This document shows, in pieces, positions 1 to 13,743 of a stretch of DNA of 64,000 nt. How positions within the stretch are numbered: position 1 is the first letter of the stretch; every line of letters starts with the position of its first letter. The translations under genes were made by a program, and so were the position numbers. The notes beneath the pieces are model-generated. The model was not told the DNA's origin, made no database searches, and saw only the letters and a program-made list of their open reading frames with translations. This DNA comes from Moniliella sp. 'wahieum' (taxonomy: Eukaryota), in assembly GCA_003971905.1 (NCBI GenBank), contig RSEE01000055.1:372001-436000 (forward strand), given 5' to 3'.

Positions 1-1266
1 ATCTTGCTGCAGCCATCGCCCCGTGCCGACGAGCGTTGTTGAGCAACATGAGCCAGCGACCAGGCCACCGCAACCAGAGCCAAGATCCGAGCCAGGCATC
101 GTCGGCCTCGCGGCGTAGCCGATGCCGGTCCGGGTCGCCGCAGAAGCGCACCCGCCAACAATGGTTCCACCCGCAGCCAGGCCCCCTCTTCTCCCCCGAC
201 CCCTTGCCCGGGATCCCCCTCGCCCCCTCCACCCCCACACGCCGCCCGCCCCGGCCCATGAAACGGCAGCCAGCTCTCGACGCCGCCATGGTGGGAGAAA
301 AGTCGAACCGCAGCCCACCCAAGCCATCATGCCCGTCTATCCACTTCGACATGAAGGCGGCCCGTCTGCCCGATGAACAGGGGACTCCACTCGTCCCCCC
401 TGCCGGCGCTGACGTTTCCAACACAAACACCATCCTTTTCCCCCCCACAGTCGCCTGAACCGATCGAGTGCGCACCCGCGCCCAGCGATTGGCTCCAAGG
501 AGAGTACATGCCATCCACGCAGCTACCGCGGGAAAAATGGGACGTACCTGAGCTTGATGCATTTCCACACGGCAAAAAGCTCGTATCTTTCCTCGACGCA
601 TCTCTTTCTGTCCCCCTCGCAAGCTGGCTTTCCTTTGGGACACAGTACCTATGGCAGTGCCGATCTCGGTCTCGCTCCCCACTTGGACCAGGACACGTCA
701 CCCCCCCCAAAAGCGATTGAGCGAGAACGATACTTGGGCGGTGCACCCGAGAGCATGTTCCCCTGGGACCTGTCCTTGCCGGAATTATCATTGACGGAAG
801 AAAGCTTGACGGACGAGGAAGATGAAGCGTTCCGACTGACCCAGTTGCTCGGTTCTGACCCAGCCTCCTTCTTGCCCTTCGTCCGGCGCCCTGGGCACTC
901 TCTGTCCAAGCCCGATCCCCATCCCCGTCCCCGTCCCAACCCCAATCCCGATCCCAATCCTAAGCTTCATTCAAGAGCGTCCACCGAACCATACCGCACC
1001 ACAGCCCGTCAACCTGCGGCCACGAAATCCAGCCTGCTGCGCCCGAGCGGTGGGACCGTCGGTCGACCCTTAAGCACTCGCCCCCTCCCTGGTCGCTCCC
1101 CCTCTTCGGTCGCGACCAACAACAAGTCTCTTGTCCTGCCTCGTGCGGTGCCTGGCCGCCGCCCCGTGCACGCGCAGTCCCGTCTGGGTGATCAGGGGGC
1201 ACGAGGGCGCGGCAGGAGGATGGCGAGGTGTACCTTGAGCTCAACCCTGCTGACGCCTTCTTCTGA
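1..1266 (+). CDS. Hypothetical low-complexity (Pro/Ser-rich) protein, 5'-truncated by the window edge
   Basis: Overlapping + ORFs 36-458, 373-720 and 554-1351 read as one frameshifted coding stretch. A plausible end is ...EDGEVYLELNPADAFF* (TGA ~1264-1266), followed by pyrimidine-rich 3'UTR-like sequence. No domain recognised. Confidence 0.4.
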
Positions 1267-1582
1267 GATTGGATCCCACCTAGTAGTTGTCCTCCTTCCC
1301 CTTCCCCTTCCCCTTCTCCTCCTTCTCTCTTATACCATTTCCCTACTGTGACTGTTTTTCTGAGACTGTTTTTCACACTTCACGTTCCCCTACAATCCGA
1401 CCTGTTTCGGCAATGGCATGGTCGCCTCCCGGAGCTGACACTAGAGTACATCGGTTGATTTTGGGGGCAATTGTACAGCCAGAAGCCCAAGGAGAGGAAA
1501 AAGTGGGGGAAAAGGGGGGGGAAGGAAGGGGGAAGGGGGAAAGAAACAAGGGAAACAAAGGGGAAAACGCGACCGAGGACAA

Positions 1583-3784
1583 CTATCTCCCGTTCCGTAC
1601 GTTAGACGGGGCCAATCCCGGGGCCAACTGGGGCGCAGCGAGATGGGGAGACCCCACGGCGGCATGATGAGACTGCGACGAGGAACGTTCGGGCGAAGGC
1701 ACGAGACCCTGTTGCTCCAGCACGTCGTACACCCGTGCCAACCGGGTCGGGTCGAGCTTGAACATGGCCCGAACATCTTTGCGTTCTAATTTGCCGTCGC
1801 GCCGGCGCTGTTCGACGAGGATAGACCGCTTGACAGTCAGGTACGTGGCAGGTCGAATGCGTTGCTCCGAACACAGTTTTTGCTCCACTTCCGATAAGAG
1901 ACCCAAGTTGGGATCGGCACTCAAGTCCAACGGACGCGAAATCGTTCGACCGCCCGGTTTGTGCGTAACGGACCAGATGTTGCCAGCGGGTCCACCGCCG
2001 TAGCGGCGGTAAGAGAAACAGAGGACTCCCTACCGCGTTGGGCGGGAGATCCCTTACGGTTAGCTCCCGATCCAGTCGGACCTCCAGGGGAACCCATGGC
2101 GGCGACATGTGCCAAATGCGGAAGGGCAGCCAAGCCACCTTCGGCAATTGCTGCCGCACGCTTCTCCCGCTCACTTAGCTCGTGTTCGTATTGTACGCCA
2201 TCCGCCAACGACGTAATCCCGGCCCGGCGCCACCGTTGCAGCTGCGCAGCTTGGCGGCGCAGCGCATCCTCGTAGCACAAGCCATTGTAAAAGTCTTCGA
2301 AATCCTGGCCAGTCTGCAATTGGGAGAAGTGACGAATGCGATGGAGAAGGTCGCGTTCTTCCTTGGGCCGCCTCCGCTCGGCGGCCAAGTTGCGACGATA
2401 ATCAATCAAGTTGCGCTCAAAAATGAACCGCTTGCGTCGCTCCCGTCGATCCAGTCGTTCGCTATACATGTCCAAGATCGTCAACTTGAGCAACAGATCC
2501 GCATCGTCCTCGTCCCAGTCTCCTGGTTTTTCTTCGTCCTCGCCGCCCGCTGCGGCGCTAGCTTCGGCAGCCGAGGGTGTCGCCACCGACTCGTCTCCGG
2601 CCAACTGGGGGACCGCCGACGCAGGTTGCGTTTCGACCTGCGTTTCAGCCTCAACTTGTTGCGTCTCATCGCCCAACTCGTTCGCGTCAGGATCGGCCTC
2701 CCCATCGGGACCAGGGAGGGTCTCTTCCATCTCCTGGTCCTCTGCCTCTCCATTCTCCTCAGGCTCGGGTGCTGTAGGTTGGGCAGAATCCTCCTCCTGC
2801 CCATTGGGAACGGCGGAAGCATCGCCATCGGGAGCATCCTCCTCAGAGGTACCCTTGTTTCCCTTGGCAGCTCGTTCCCCGGCATTGGTACGGGTCGCCG
2901 CATTGCCTCGTGCCGAGGGGGGCATACGCGCCTTGCCCTGCACCGTTTGCTGCCCTTCTCCCAGCGCTTCTGAGACCGTCTTGATTTGGTCGCCGCCAAA
3001 GCGGTACACCCGACCAAATTCCATATCCTTGTTGAGGTTTTCCGCATCTTGTTCGTACTCGGTTTCAAACTCGAGACGCCCGGCCATAAAGCCTGCGATC
3101 TCGTGGTGAGAGGTAGGGGCAGAAACGAGGGGTTTGGCCGACTTGAGTTGGGACGCGTGTTGGCTAACGAGGACTTGTTGTGTCTTGCGCAGCGTATCGA
3201 TCCGCACGCGCTTGCGTCGCTGAAACTCGTCGGCAGAGACGGCAGGATGGAAGTGCATGTTGGGACCCACGATCGGCGGTTGTTCCCATGGCGCCTCTTC
3301 GGGGGGCAAGGGGCTGCTACGCTGAGCCGCCCTCTGTCGAGTCAGACGTTCTTCCTCCTCTTGCGCCCGAATCTCGCCTTCGGGCGTACCATCTTGACCT
3401 CGAGGTAGACCGAGACGTAGTGCCGCTCCACATCTTCGGCAGTGCGGTTACCAATATGGTCGGCAATGTCGGCCCAGTTGCCCAGGCCAAAAATGCGACA
3501 CCCATCAATCAACAACAACTCTTCATCCGCGCCCCATTGGTCGGTAAAGATGGGGTAGGCATTACGCTCAATCACGCGGTACGCGTGCCACGCCTTGTGC
3601 GACCCCACTTCGGCGCCCGAGCAGAAACAGGTGCCGCACAGGTCAAATTCGCTGCACCACCAGCACACTGCACGCGCACAGTAAGTGTAATGTCCGCACC
3701 ACACACGTCGCAGTGGTACTTGGTCCCGGGCTCATGGTCCGCCTGCTCAGTGGCAACCTTGCTCTTCCGGTGCGTGACCGTCAT
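1583..3784 (-). CDS. ADA2: SAGA/ADA transcriptional adapter Ada2 (ZZ zinc finger, SANT/Myb, SWIRM)
   Basis: ATG at 3784 (MTVTHRK...[11 protein letters not shown]). Then [10 protein letters not shown]...[29 protein letters not shown] (ZZ+SANT), [35 protein letters not shown], and C-terminal [26 protein letters not shown]. Several apparent indel frameshifts. Confidence 0.93.
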
Positions 3785-6252
3785 GGGCGGGGGGAGGGGG
3801 GGGAGCGCGTCGCAGTGGGTCGGTGGCGGGGGAAGAGGCCGTGGGCGCCGTCGGGGATGGAGGGGGGAGGGGAGGAGGTGGTGGGGGCAGGGGCAGGGCA
3901 GGGGCGGGGCGGCGGTGGCGAGGCAGCAGGCGTGGCAGGCGGCAAGAAACGCGCTGCGCTCGGCTGGCTCGGGCAGTCTCTCGCGCGAAGGCTGACGCCC
4001 AAGCGGAAGCTGAAGCAGCCTGAGCCTGGCGAACAGCAGCGCACGCCGCCGCCCGCTCACCGGTCGTCACCGCTCACCGCTCAGCCCAGGGAGCGTGTTC
4101 CGCCCCGCCCCATTCCGCCCCTGGCTGGCGGGGAGGCAGTGAGCAGCGCAGGGCGTGACGGCAGCCGCCCAGCCGCCAGCCGGGTAGATAGTACGCGTGC
4201 ATTCCAATCTGGCCTCGCTTACTGCGCTTACTGGCCATCGAAGAGGCCACATCGTCGTGATCATGTCGATGATGCACGAGGAGGTGGTGCAGGACGAATG
4301 AACCATCTCTTCTGTGGCGGATGCCATCGATGCAGATCCACTTCCAATGGAGGCTCTGGCTACGTGAGCCGCCAGGGACGCGCATCCTTGGACAAGGTAT
4401 GGCCCTTCTCTCTCTTGCCTTTGTGCCCCACAAAGGGGTGCGATGGGCATTGGTAACGTTCCACTCTATATATGTGTCGGCGCGGAGCCCACGCGAGCAA
4501 ACAAGCTCTCCCCGTGGTGACTATCAAAAGGAGAATCAGCCACAGGAGAGGGAAAACAACAATATTCGAGTGCTTACGCGGGCGCTTCCGTTCGGTTAAT
4601 TGTTGTATCGATCCCTACGGGACCACGGCCAGCTCTTCAAATTGTACGGCTTCTTGATGTTGAGCCATCAGGTGGCTCGTGCTGTGGCCAATGTCCCTTC
4701 AGTTCCTCCTCAGGCCTAGGAGTTCCGTTGTTTTTCTCTCCTGTTTTTCCTTGTTCCGCAGCTTAGCCCCTGTGGTGGCGACTCGCTGCTTGATGTTCCT
4801 CTGTAGGCGTTGCAGGTTGGCTTAGACAATCACCACCACCACTAGTGCGATTGCATCACCCTCGAGGACCATCTGGACTCCAGGTCTCATCACTTGACGT
4901 ATAGCAGAGGCGGCTGCAATACCAGTGTGGCAAAACTGCGTGTATGCACCGGCTTGGACGGTAGTAACGTGGCCGAAGCCTTCGGGGCTCGGCGCCCAGG
5001 GAAGGGAAGGGGCAGCGAGGCATCAACAGTACGAGCCTGAGAGCTGGAGCATGAGCTGGGCTGGGACTGCGGGCGGCGTGGCTAGAAGGGGAGCCCATTG
5101 CACGCTGCGGGACTAGACCATTATAGCTTTCGGCGTGACACACGACGCGTACACACGCGAGTTGGGGGGATGAGAAGCTGAGAGCGAGATACGGGAGCTG
5201 GAGGACGAGGTCGAGGAGCGGACGAGCAGCTACTAAAGAGGAGAAGTTGCCTGAACTGAATCAACTGGCGGAAATGGGCAGGGTAGTGAACAGAATAGGC
5301 GAGGAGGGACGAAGAAGGGGGGGGGGGTGGAGACGCCAATAAACCGTGGGGGGAAACCCACGAACGATTGCTTGCTCACAGGGACAAAACGAGGAACAAC
5401 ACAATAGAGGAAGAAGAACGGGGGACGGGGGTAAAAAAAGGGGGAACGGTTGTCGTGCGGGAATGTAGAAAGGCAAGGTAAACGACACCCGGGGGCGCAA
5501 CTATAAACAACTTGGTAACCTCGCTGTGGCTACCGACTTCCATGACCAGAAGGCGACGATTTTCGCACGGAAAAACGTCCGACTGGTGTTCTCGCGTTGG
5601 TGTTTACGCCGGGCCTCGCGATCTCGGATCCGAACCGATTCTCACGCGCTTTACTGGGCACAAGTATCTCATCGGTAATCTTCTACTCCGAGGAGGAGAC
5701 AGCATAACTGTTGGTCATCTTACCGCCCTTCTGGGGTCGGGGTTAGGAAGGCGAAGGGAGTTCTCCGCCAGGATGATAGCCAGCCCATCTTCGCCCGTGC
5801 TAGACATGTGACAACAGCCAGGCGCTGAGATAGCGGATCGAGTCGATGGGTAAGGCGCAACATGCAAAAAGACGCTGTATCAACTGACGGGCATAACCGA
5901 CCTACAACGCGTGCATATCGGTGGAACGTGGACAAGACAGATCGGTGCTTATTAGTTACTCTCACCGTCGGGGCTCAGGCGCTCAGGCGCTAAGGCGATA
6001 GAGACCAGAATCGAAACTACTACCATGGCCAAGGGAAGCAGCAATCGTTCGGGGGAAAGCCACAACAGAGAGGACAACAGGGCGCGAAGCGGAAGAATAG
6101 GGACAGGACGACACGCTGTCAGGACAAAGATTCTGGTAAGGGGGGGCGAGATGAGCCGACTATGGTCATCCTTACGAGCTACTACTACTTACTAGTCACG
6201 AGTGCAGCTAGCATGTGGCATGTGGCAGGCCATACATCATGTGCCTGTCACG

Positions 6253-6294
6253 CATCATGCATCATGCATCATGCATCATGCATCATGCATCATG
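6253..6294. repeat. (CATCATG)x6 heptamer tandem repeat
   Basis: Six perfect copies; longest perfect example I found of the intergenic xyTNAy'x' heptad family. Confidence 0.95.
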
Positions 6295-8701
6295 CATGCC
6301 ATGCGACATGTGACATGTGAGCGCGAAGGAGTGGTCCGTCGGCTGAGCTTCTCGGCCTCGCTGCACCACGCGGGCATCACCCATTCTGCATCATGCACCA
6401 GCCATCCATGTCTCGCCCGACACGAGGAGCTCGCGCACCGATCGTCAGATCTCAGACCTGTGACATGTGACTGAACGTTGAACACCCTGAGGCTGAGCCG
6501 CCAAAAAAAGTGCCTCTGGCTTTCCGCACGCACCAGATTCCACTTCCACAGCGCAGCAGACGACGCCCACCTGGCCCAGCACCGAAAGGGCCGCCATCGG
6601 GCGCGATGCGACCGCCACGGCACCCAATCCAACTCGGCAACGCGTCCGCACGTCAACGCGTCAACATCCGATGGACTGTCCCATGTCACATGTCGCATCA
6701 TGCATCAGCGCATCAGCCGCGAGGCTCCAATGGAGGCCGCATGGGTGTTGAGCAAGGTTGCGCGTTGCGCTCAGCGGCTCAGCCGCTCAGGCTCAGCCCC
6801 CTAGGGCTGTGTTTCGGCGCAGAGGAACTGAGCGGTAAACCGGGACCACGTCGTATAGAGTGGAGTTGGGCCGGCGTTCAGCGTTTTCTCAGATTCACCC
6901 GAAACCCTCGCGCAAAACCCTCAGGCCTCACTCAAAACTCCGTGGGCCATCGGATTATCGCGCGGCGCGCAATAACCTTGGGCAACATGGTAGGCAAAGC
7001 TCCATGAAGCCAATCAAGCAGCCCAAGCAAGCCCAAAACCCAGAAGAGGGTTATTACTTTCACCATTTACATGGATAATTACATGGTACTTTTGCGTTAC
7101 TCTAGGTGTCAACAAGTCAACGTGTCAACGCTCAGCTTGTGTGGCGGCCTTTTCCGTTGACGCGTTCGGCTGAGTACAAGCTAATTCATGTTCAGGCGCT
7201 CAGGTCCTGAGCCTCAGGCCTGGAGGCCCGATGCATGATGGAGATGATCCATTGCCGGAGGCCGGAGGCTTTAAGAAGGGCGCCTATACCCGACGCGCTG
7301 ACGACCAGTGCCTACGCGCTGCTGCTAATGTTGAAATTGTTGCTCAGTGCACGGTGATTTTGTTCGAGGGTACCCGGTTACTCCGGTTACTGACTAGTGA
7401 CGGGTAAGACGAGTGTCGAAATGAACACCAACGGGGAGCCAGCGCGTTCTTCAATAACGTTCTCAAAACGTGCGGTTGAAAAGCACATCCAACCTGGTCC
7501 AAGTACTCGACGTACTCAACGCTTCTTCTCTGGTTCACCGTTCAAGCTCTGGCGATGTGTGCCAGGCTCCATGGGATGGACGGATGGGACTAGTTACTAG
7601 TCCTGGTACTGCTGTGGTGTCGACAGCCTCATCGATGATCGATGGTCGATGATTAATGATGATTGAAGGTGGAAGAGACTAGGCCAGACAAGGCCCAGGC
7701 CCTAGGTCGCACCTAACATGCTGACACTGCTGGCGTGCCCAGGTGCTCGATGGGGACGGGGACGGGGTGAAATGTGCATTTGTAAAGCATTGCATGTGCA
7801 TGCCGCATGCCGCATTCTTGCGCTGTATTGGGCGGGATGGGATCGAGCACCCTCCATCTGCCGCGCAGCGCAGACGGTCTTGTGTGGGCTGGCGGCTGGC
7901 GTGTGCCATCGGGATGTGACATGTGACACGCGCATTATGCAGGAGGTACTTTGCAGTGCTTTCCCGGTCGCATACAGAGTCACACCAAGTCATGTGATGG
8001 ATGGGCACCGCAGGTCCCTCAAACCCAGCAGACGCCGACGGCAGAATGCACCACAGTGGCCGCATGCATCCGTCCGTGTGATGATGAGCAAACCGACCCC
8101 GTGCTGGATGTGCGAATGCTGTACGGGGGCACTGTCCCAGGCCGCGTTGCCGCTGCGTTGCCGTCGCGTGCCGCAGTCGGCCGCAAGCAGCCCGGCAAGG
8201 CTCGGCAGTACGGCGGCCACCGGCCAATGCCAAATGGATGGGGCTTGGCTCGCGCGGTAGCCTGCCTGCTGCGGCCGCCTTGGTTGCCGCGCACGCTTCT
8301 TGGCCAGGCACGCGTGACGCGTGACATGCGGCGCATGCGACATGTGACGCCTGGGCGCACCATGCATCACATGCATGTCACACCCACAACTCCAGGCGCC
8401 GGCGCATGAGTGTCGCGCGCGGGAGTCGTGCGCCCGACAGCTGCCACGCACGGGTCCTTCCTGTCCAGGGAAGCGAAGAGTTTGGGGCCTGGGCCTCAGG
8501 GCAGGGCCCCAACCGCACCACACTCGCCCCGCGCCCTGCTTGCGCATGTGCGCCAGCTCAGGTGCGGCGTATTCGGTGCCTTCGTAGACGCCCATACGGA
8601 AAACATTATCCCCCCCCCCCCCAGTCCAAGCAGCACGCCCCCGCCCCTTGTTTCCGCCCCCACCACCGCTAGCGTTTCGCCCCGCCTGCCCCTCCGCCAC
8701 G

Positions 8702-10019
8702 ATGCTCGTCACTGGCTCTGCTCTTGTTGCCACCCTCGCTGTCGCCGGCACCGCCTCGGCCCGGGGGCTTGCCTACCGCCCAACAACCCGGCCGCCACCC
8801 CCGTCTTCAAGCGCCGCCTCGTCGTCGTCGTCGGTCAGTATTGTGACGACCATGCCTCTTCCCAGCAGCGCCACCACTTCTACCAGCGCCGGCATCTGGT
8901 CCACCGCCAGCCCCCAGCCCTTCTCCTACGGCACCCCCAGCCACACCTACTGGGCGTCCGGGTCGCGGCAAGAATGGCCCAACCAACCCCACCGCGCCTT
9001 CGCTCAACACGCCTGTCAACCAGTCCTCTGACGCCCGTCTCGCTACCCTCAATGGCGTCGATGACTGGTGCACCTTTGGTCCTGAACCTCTCAACAACAC
9101 TCAGACCATGGGTACCTGGAGGCCACCACGGTTGCCTACTGCACCAAGCCTCGCAACAATGCCCGTGTGATTGTAGGTCCTTCCCCCCTGCTTCTGTCAA
9201 GCCTTTAATCGGCTGACTTTTCCTCCTCGTTAGCCCGATGGCACTGTGACGGCAGTCCAATTCGTCAAGACGCCCCTGTACATCCAACTCTACGCGTTGG
9301 GTGACTTTACCAAGATCAACATGGCTCCTGGCGATATGGGCGGTGAGCTTGACCCCCACGGTGCGACCAACATGGGCAACCCCGTGGGCGGGAATGTCAC
9401 GTCCAACGTGGTCGACGGCAAGACGGACGTGTTCTACGAAGAGTGGATGAACTACATTTCCGTCTCGGAATTGTGCTTCCGCGTGTGCATTGCCGGCTCG
9501 GAGCAGGCAACGCCGGCGGTCGAGTGCCAGCACCCTGGACGAAATGGATGCTCCTTCGTCATGGCCCAGAAGGCCATTACCAACGGTACCTTCGAGTCGT
9601 GCGAGGCTGACTCGCGTACCCTCCTGGCCTGTACCCCCAACCCGACGGATCCACCTCGACGTTCCAACAGTACTTCTCTGGCGTCTACACTGTCGGTGCG
9701 ACCGCCTACTCGTTCCAAAATGCCCAGTCGGATCAGTGACACCCTCGGCGCCTTACTCCTACCCTACCCTAGCTCCTGCACGGCCGTTGCGACCATCAGC
9801 AACGGCTCAAGGGCATCGACTACGTTGCTCCGCCTGCTACCTCGACCAGCTCCTCGGCCGCAGCAAAGGGCAGCTCGGCGGGATCGAAATCGGCTAGTAG
9901 CGCGCGCTCCGTCCAGTTCCCAGAGCTCCCATCACTCCCCGGCGGCCGGATCCAAGTCGTTCCTCTTCCCTGGCTTGGCCTTCTCGGCTGCCTTGTTGGC
10001 TGGCGCAGCACTGCTGTAA
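8702..10019 (+). CDS. Secreted, probably GPI-anchored MP88-like (macrophage-activating glycoprotein family) mannoprotein
   Basis: Signal peptide MLVTGSALVATLAVAGTASA. Conserved core VAYCTKPRNNARVI|PDGTVTAVQFVKTPLYIQ...GGELDPHGATNMGNPVGGNV...YEEWMNYIS...CFRVC. Intron 9173-9233 (GTAGGT...GCTGAC...TAG). Ser-rich tail ending in hydrophobic LAFSAALLAGAALL*. Confidence 0.8.
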
Positions 10020-11541
10020 TCAACCTTCCCCTCTTCTCCCCCATGGTCTTCTCTCCTTTACAACCGAGCCACCTATTGTCTCTGATACCGTTCGTCCTTC
10101 TTTCTCCCCCCCCCCCGTGCTCCTCCCGTTCTCATCCATGATCGATTATCCATTCCACTATCCACTATCCATTATCCGCTGTTCCATTCGTCTCTTATCC
10201 AACGGGATTCCTCCTAGTGTCGGATTGACTTGTTGTGTATGGCGCTGTCTCCTTTTCTTTTGTTTCCCTTTCCCCTTATTCACCTCGAACAATTTCCACC
10301 ATGGGTCCGCCCTTGCTTCCCGTACCTGGCCTGACACGTATTCCTGCATGTGCGCGTTTTGGAACTGCAGGCGTTGCCACTGTTGGTACACGTAATATGC
10401 AGGCGGAGACAGCGTATACGATTCGTACAGTGTGAGGGACCGTCGCCACGGCAGAGGGAGGATACAGAAGCTACAGTTCAAGGAATGGAGCTTGAAACTG
10501 CTTCCCTATAATTCTGCGCCAATCGCTCCAATGATTAATGAACCTCTGCCTCATGTAATGTGTCTTCACAGTGGCTACCGGTTACTCTGAGATAGGGCGC
10601 CCAATATAGAGAGCACAACGCTAGGACGTAGGCCCCATGTTGCAGTCGCGCCCAGCTCTTCCGTTTTCCAGTCCAACTATCATCCCTGGACTGAACAGGT
10701 AACGGGTAAGGGGTAACATGAGCGATAATCGTCACAATCACCTGCATGCGAAGACCACTCTGGGTGTGCATACTGCGAAAACTGATGGTTTCCATCCGAT
10801 TATATATCCCCCGTCGACTGTCGCGACTAACAGAGCGGCAGTTTCAACGTAACTACACTCCACCAACCGCGTTACCTTGGGATGCTGCCACACAAGTCAA
10901 TCCGTCTTTGAGGACGAAAGCGCGGATCTCCTCATATTATCTTCCGATGCAAAAGCAACTACTGTATGGCATTAACCTCCATTTCGTCTGGTCCTCCGAC
11001 AGGAGAGACGAAAAAGTCAGAGGGATCTCTATCAGAGGATGAAGCGAATACAACGATGGCGACTGCTCCGCACAAGGGTCTCCAGTCAGCGCTCAGCCTG
11101 GAAGACTACCCTTTGTGTCCTGGCATCGCCACAGCAGTGGGAGGACGGGCTGGTATGCGTATTAGCAGTGCTAGACAAGATACTTGGTCGGCGTGCATCA
11201 ACCTACGCATAGCTGGACACGCAATTCCACACTGCTCCCATGCCACATTGGCAGATCAGTGACCACTGATCACCGGTCAGCGGTCACGCCTTAGGCCTTA
11301 CCCGAGTCCCCGATGGCTGCTTCCGCGCGCTTCCGCCTTCCCGAGGGCCCTGCTGCCCCTGCCCCAATCCGCCTGAAGCACTCTGGCAGGCGGAATATGG
11401 GCTGACATAAGCAGCTCGACGGCCCGCCGTGTTCGCCGTCACCGCAACGGACAAGGCGGGTGTCGCCACCGCTACCCATTGCCCATCGCCCTCATCGCCC
11501 ATCGCCCATCGCCCATCGCTGCGGCGAGCTGAGAGCTGGCC

Positions 11542-13184
11542 ATGTCTGGAGGCACCACCAACCTGCCCCCCGCTCGCGTCTCGGCGCCCGGCACGTACAC
11601 TGCTGACGACATCGTGCCTGGGTGCAAGGTATTCGTCCAGCGCATCGATCCGGCCAGCAACGAGACGGAGGAGCGCCAAGCGGAGATCCTCGCGTCGCGG
11701 GACAAGCGGCAACTGCGGCTTTCCAAACGCCTTGAGCTGGCTGCTTCCAACCCGGAGGCTGCGGCGCCTCCTAGTCCCTCCAAGGCACACGAGTCACGCG
11801 AATACTACGTCCACTACTGCGAGTTCAACAAGCGTCTCGATGAATGGGTTCCGGGCACCCGCCTGATCCTCACGCGGGAGATGGAGTGGCCCAAACCTCC
11901 TGCGCCCCCTGAGCCGGCCAAGGAACCCAGAGACCGAAAAAAGAAGGTGGCTAGGCCGAGTAAGCCAGAACCTAACTTGCTCAAGCAAGCGGCCACGAAA
12001 GCGGGTCGCGCCGCGAACAGCGCTCCCCGCCCCCTCCTCTCCCGCTACCGAGGGGGAGGGATCGCATGTCGGGGACGAGACGGAGGAGGGAACAGGACAA
12101 GCAGATGGATCCGAGTCTTCCACGCCCGGAACGATGACACCGTTGCCAACTGGCTACTCAAAGGAACAGGAGTTGGAGAAACTGCGGACGAGCGGATCAA
12201 TGACTCAAAAGTCGTCCTCGGAAATTGCCCGGGTCAAGAACTTGAACAAGATCCAAATGGGTCGATTTGAGATGGAGACGTGGTACTTTAGCCCCTATCC
12301 TATCGAGTACGCTTACATTGATACCCTCTACATTTGCGAGATGTGTTTGTCCTACTATCCCTCGATGCTGCAATTCTCGCGCCACCGGGCCAAATGCACT
12401 ATGCTCCATCCTCCCGGCAATGAGATTTACCGCCACGAGGATATTTCCTTTTTTGAGATTGACGGCAAGCGGCAAAAGACATGGTGCCGCAACCTGTGCT
12501 TGCTGTGCAAATGTTTCTTGGACCACAAGGCACTGTACTACGACGTGGATCCGTTCTTGTTTTACATTATGTGCCAACGTGACAGTGCCGGGTGCCGGGT
12601 GATTGGCTTCTTTTCCAAAGAGAAGGAGTCGGCCGAAAACTACAACTTGGCTTGCATCTTGTCCCTGCCGCAGTACCAGCGGTCGGGCTTTGGCCGTCTG
12701 CTGATCGAGTTTAGCTACGAGCTGAGCAAGCGGGAACACAAATTGGGCTCGCCTGAGAAACCTCTGTCCGACCTGGGCTTGCTCAGTTACCGCACCTACT
12801 GGTCCGAGGTGATCGTGGACCTATTGATGAACACGACAGAGGAACTGAGCATTGATGATATTGCTCACAAAACCGCGTTCACTCACGCCGACATTCTGCA
12901 CACGTACGTACCCGTACCCGTACCCGTACCCTTTGCCCCCGTTACGCGTTACCCCTGCTCCAGAAGGCGCCTGACACTGATACTGACCCTTGTCCCATGG
13001 CACCAGGTGCACGGCGCTCAACATGCTCAAGCTTTACCAGGGTCGACACTACCTCGTCCTGTCGGACGCCGTCATTGCTCAGCACGAGAAGCTGGCCAAG
13101 AAGAAACGGAGGCACATCAATCCCGACAAACTGATCTGGAAGCCCCCTGTGTTTACCCGGGACCAACTGCGGTTTGGGTGGTAA
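11542..13184 (+). CDS. ESA1: NuA4 histone acetyltransferase Esa1 (MYST family, Tudor-knot N-terminus)
   Basis: [80 protein letters not shown]. Intron 12904-13006. Ends [15 protein letters not shown]. Confidence 0.96.
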
Positions 13185-13743
13185 GATGGTCGATGATGCG
13201 CCTCGTACGCCACCGACACGCGTGGGCGACCGGCACGCGTGACTGAGTCACTCCTGTAATCCTATTCTCTTTTGTACATCCTCCCTGCGTCTCTGTACCG
13301 ACTCGTTCCCCTCTATCCATCCCCCCCCTTTGCACCGTGACAGTAACGTGGGGCAAACCAGGGGGTTTGTTGCTGTCGGGGAATCATCGATCAGTCGATC
13401 AGTATTCAATGGTTCTACTACCCGACAGTGGCCCAGGGGGCTGCTGGCAGGTAGCACACGTGTAGGTGCACGTGCCGGGTACTAGAGTCGTGAGATCTGA
13501 GAGCACTGAAAGGGCCTGTGTGCTCGTGGTCACGAGTTGAGGACCGAGGACTGAGTCCCAGAGACGGGCAAAGTAAGCGGGGCCCGTATAGGCCTAAGGC
13601 TAAGGCCTGCCAGCTGAAAGTTCAAAGTGCTCCTCCTCGTCCGCGGACAGCCGCGGCGGGCCGTCTGCCCCCTGCAGCTCCAGTGACTAGTGACTAGTGA
13701 CTACTGACTACTGACTGAGGCTTGAGGCGCGAAGCTTGCCTGG

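Noticed and set aside
2182..3109. Long + strand ORFs opposite ADA2, and similar antisense ORFs over other genes
   Set aside because: Shadow ORFs expected from GC-rich codon usage on the opposite strand.
6200..8410. His/Cys/Met-rich ORFs (e.g. HHASCIMHHASCIM; also near 19600, 28500, 32300, 38960)
   Set aside because: They are translations of the heptad repeats and GC-rich non-coding DNA, with no domain signatures.
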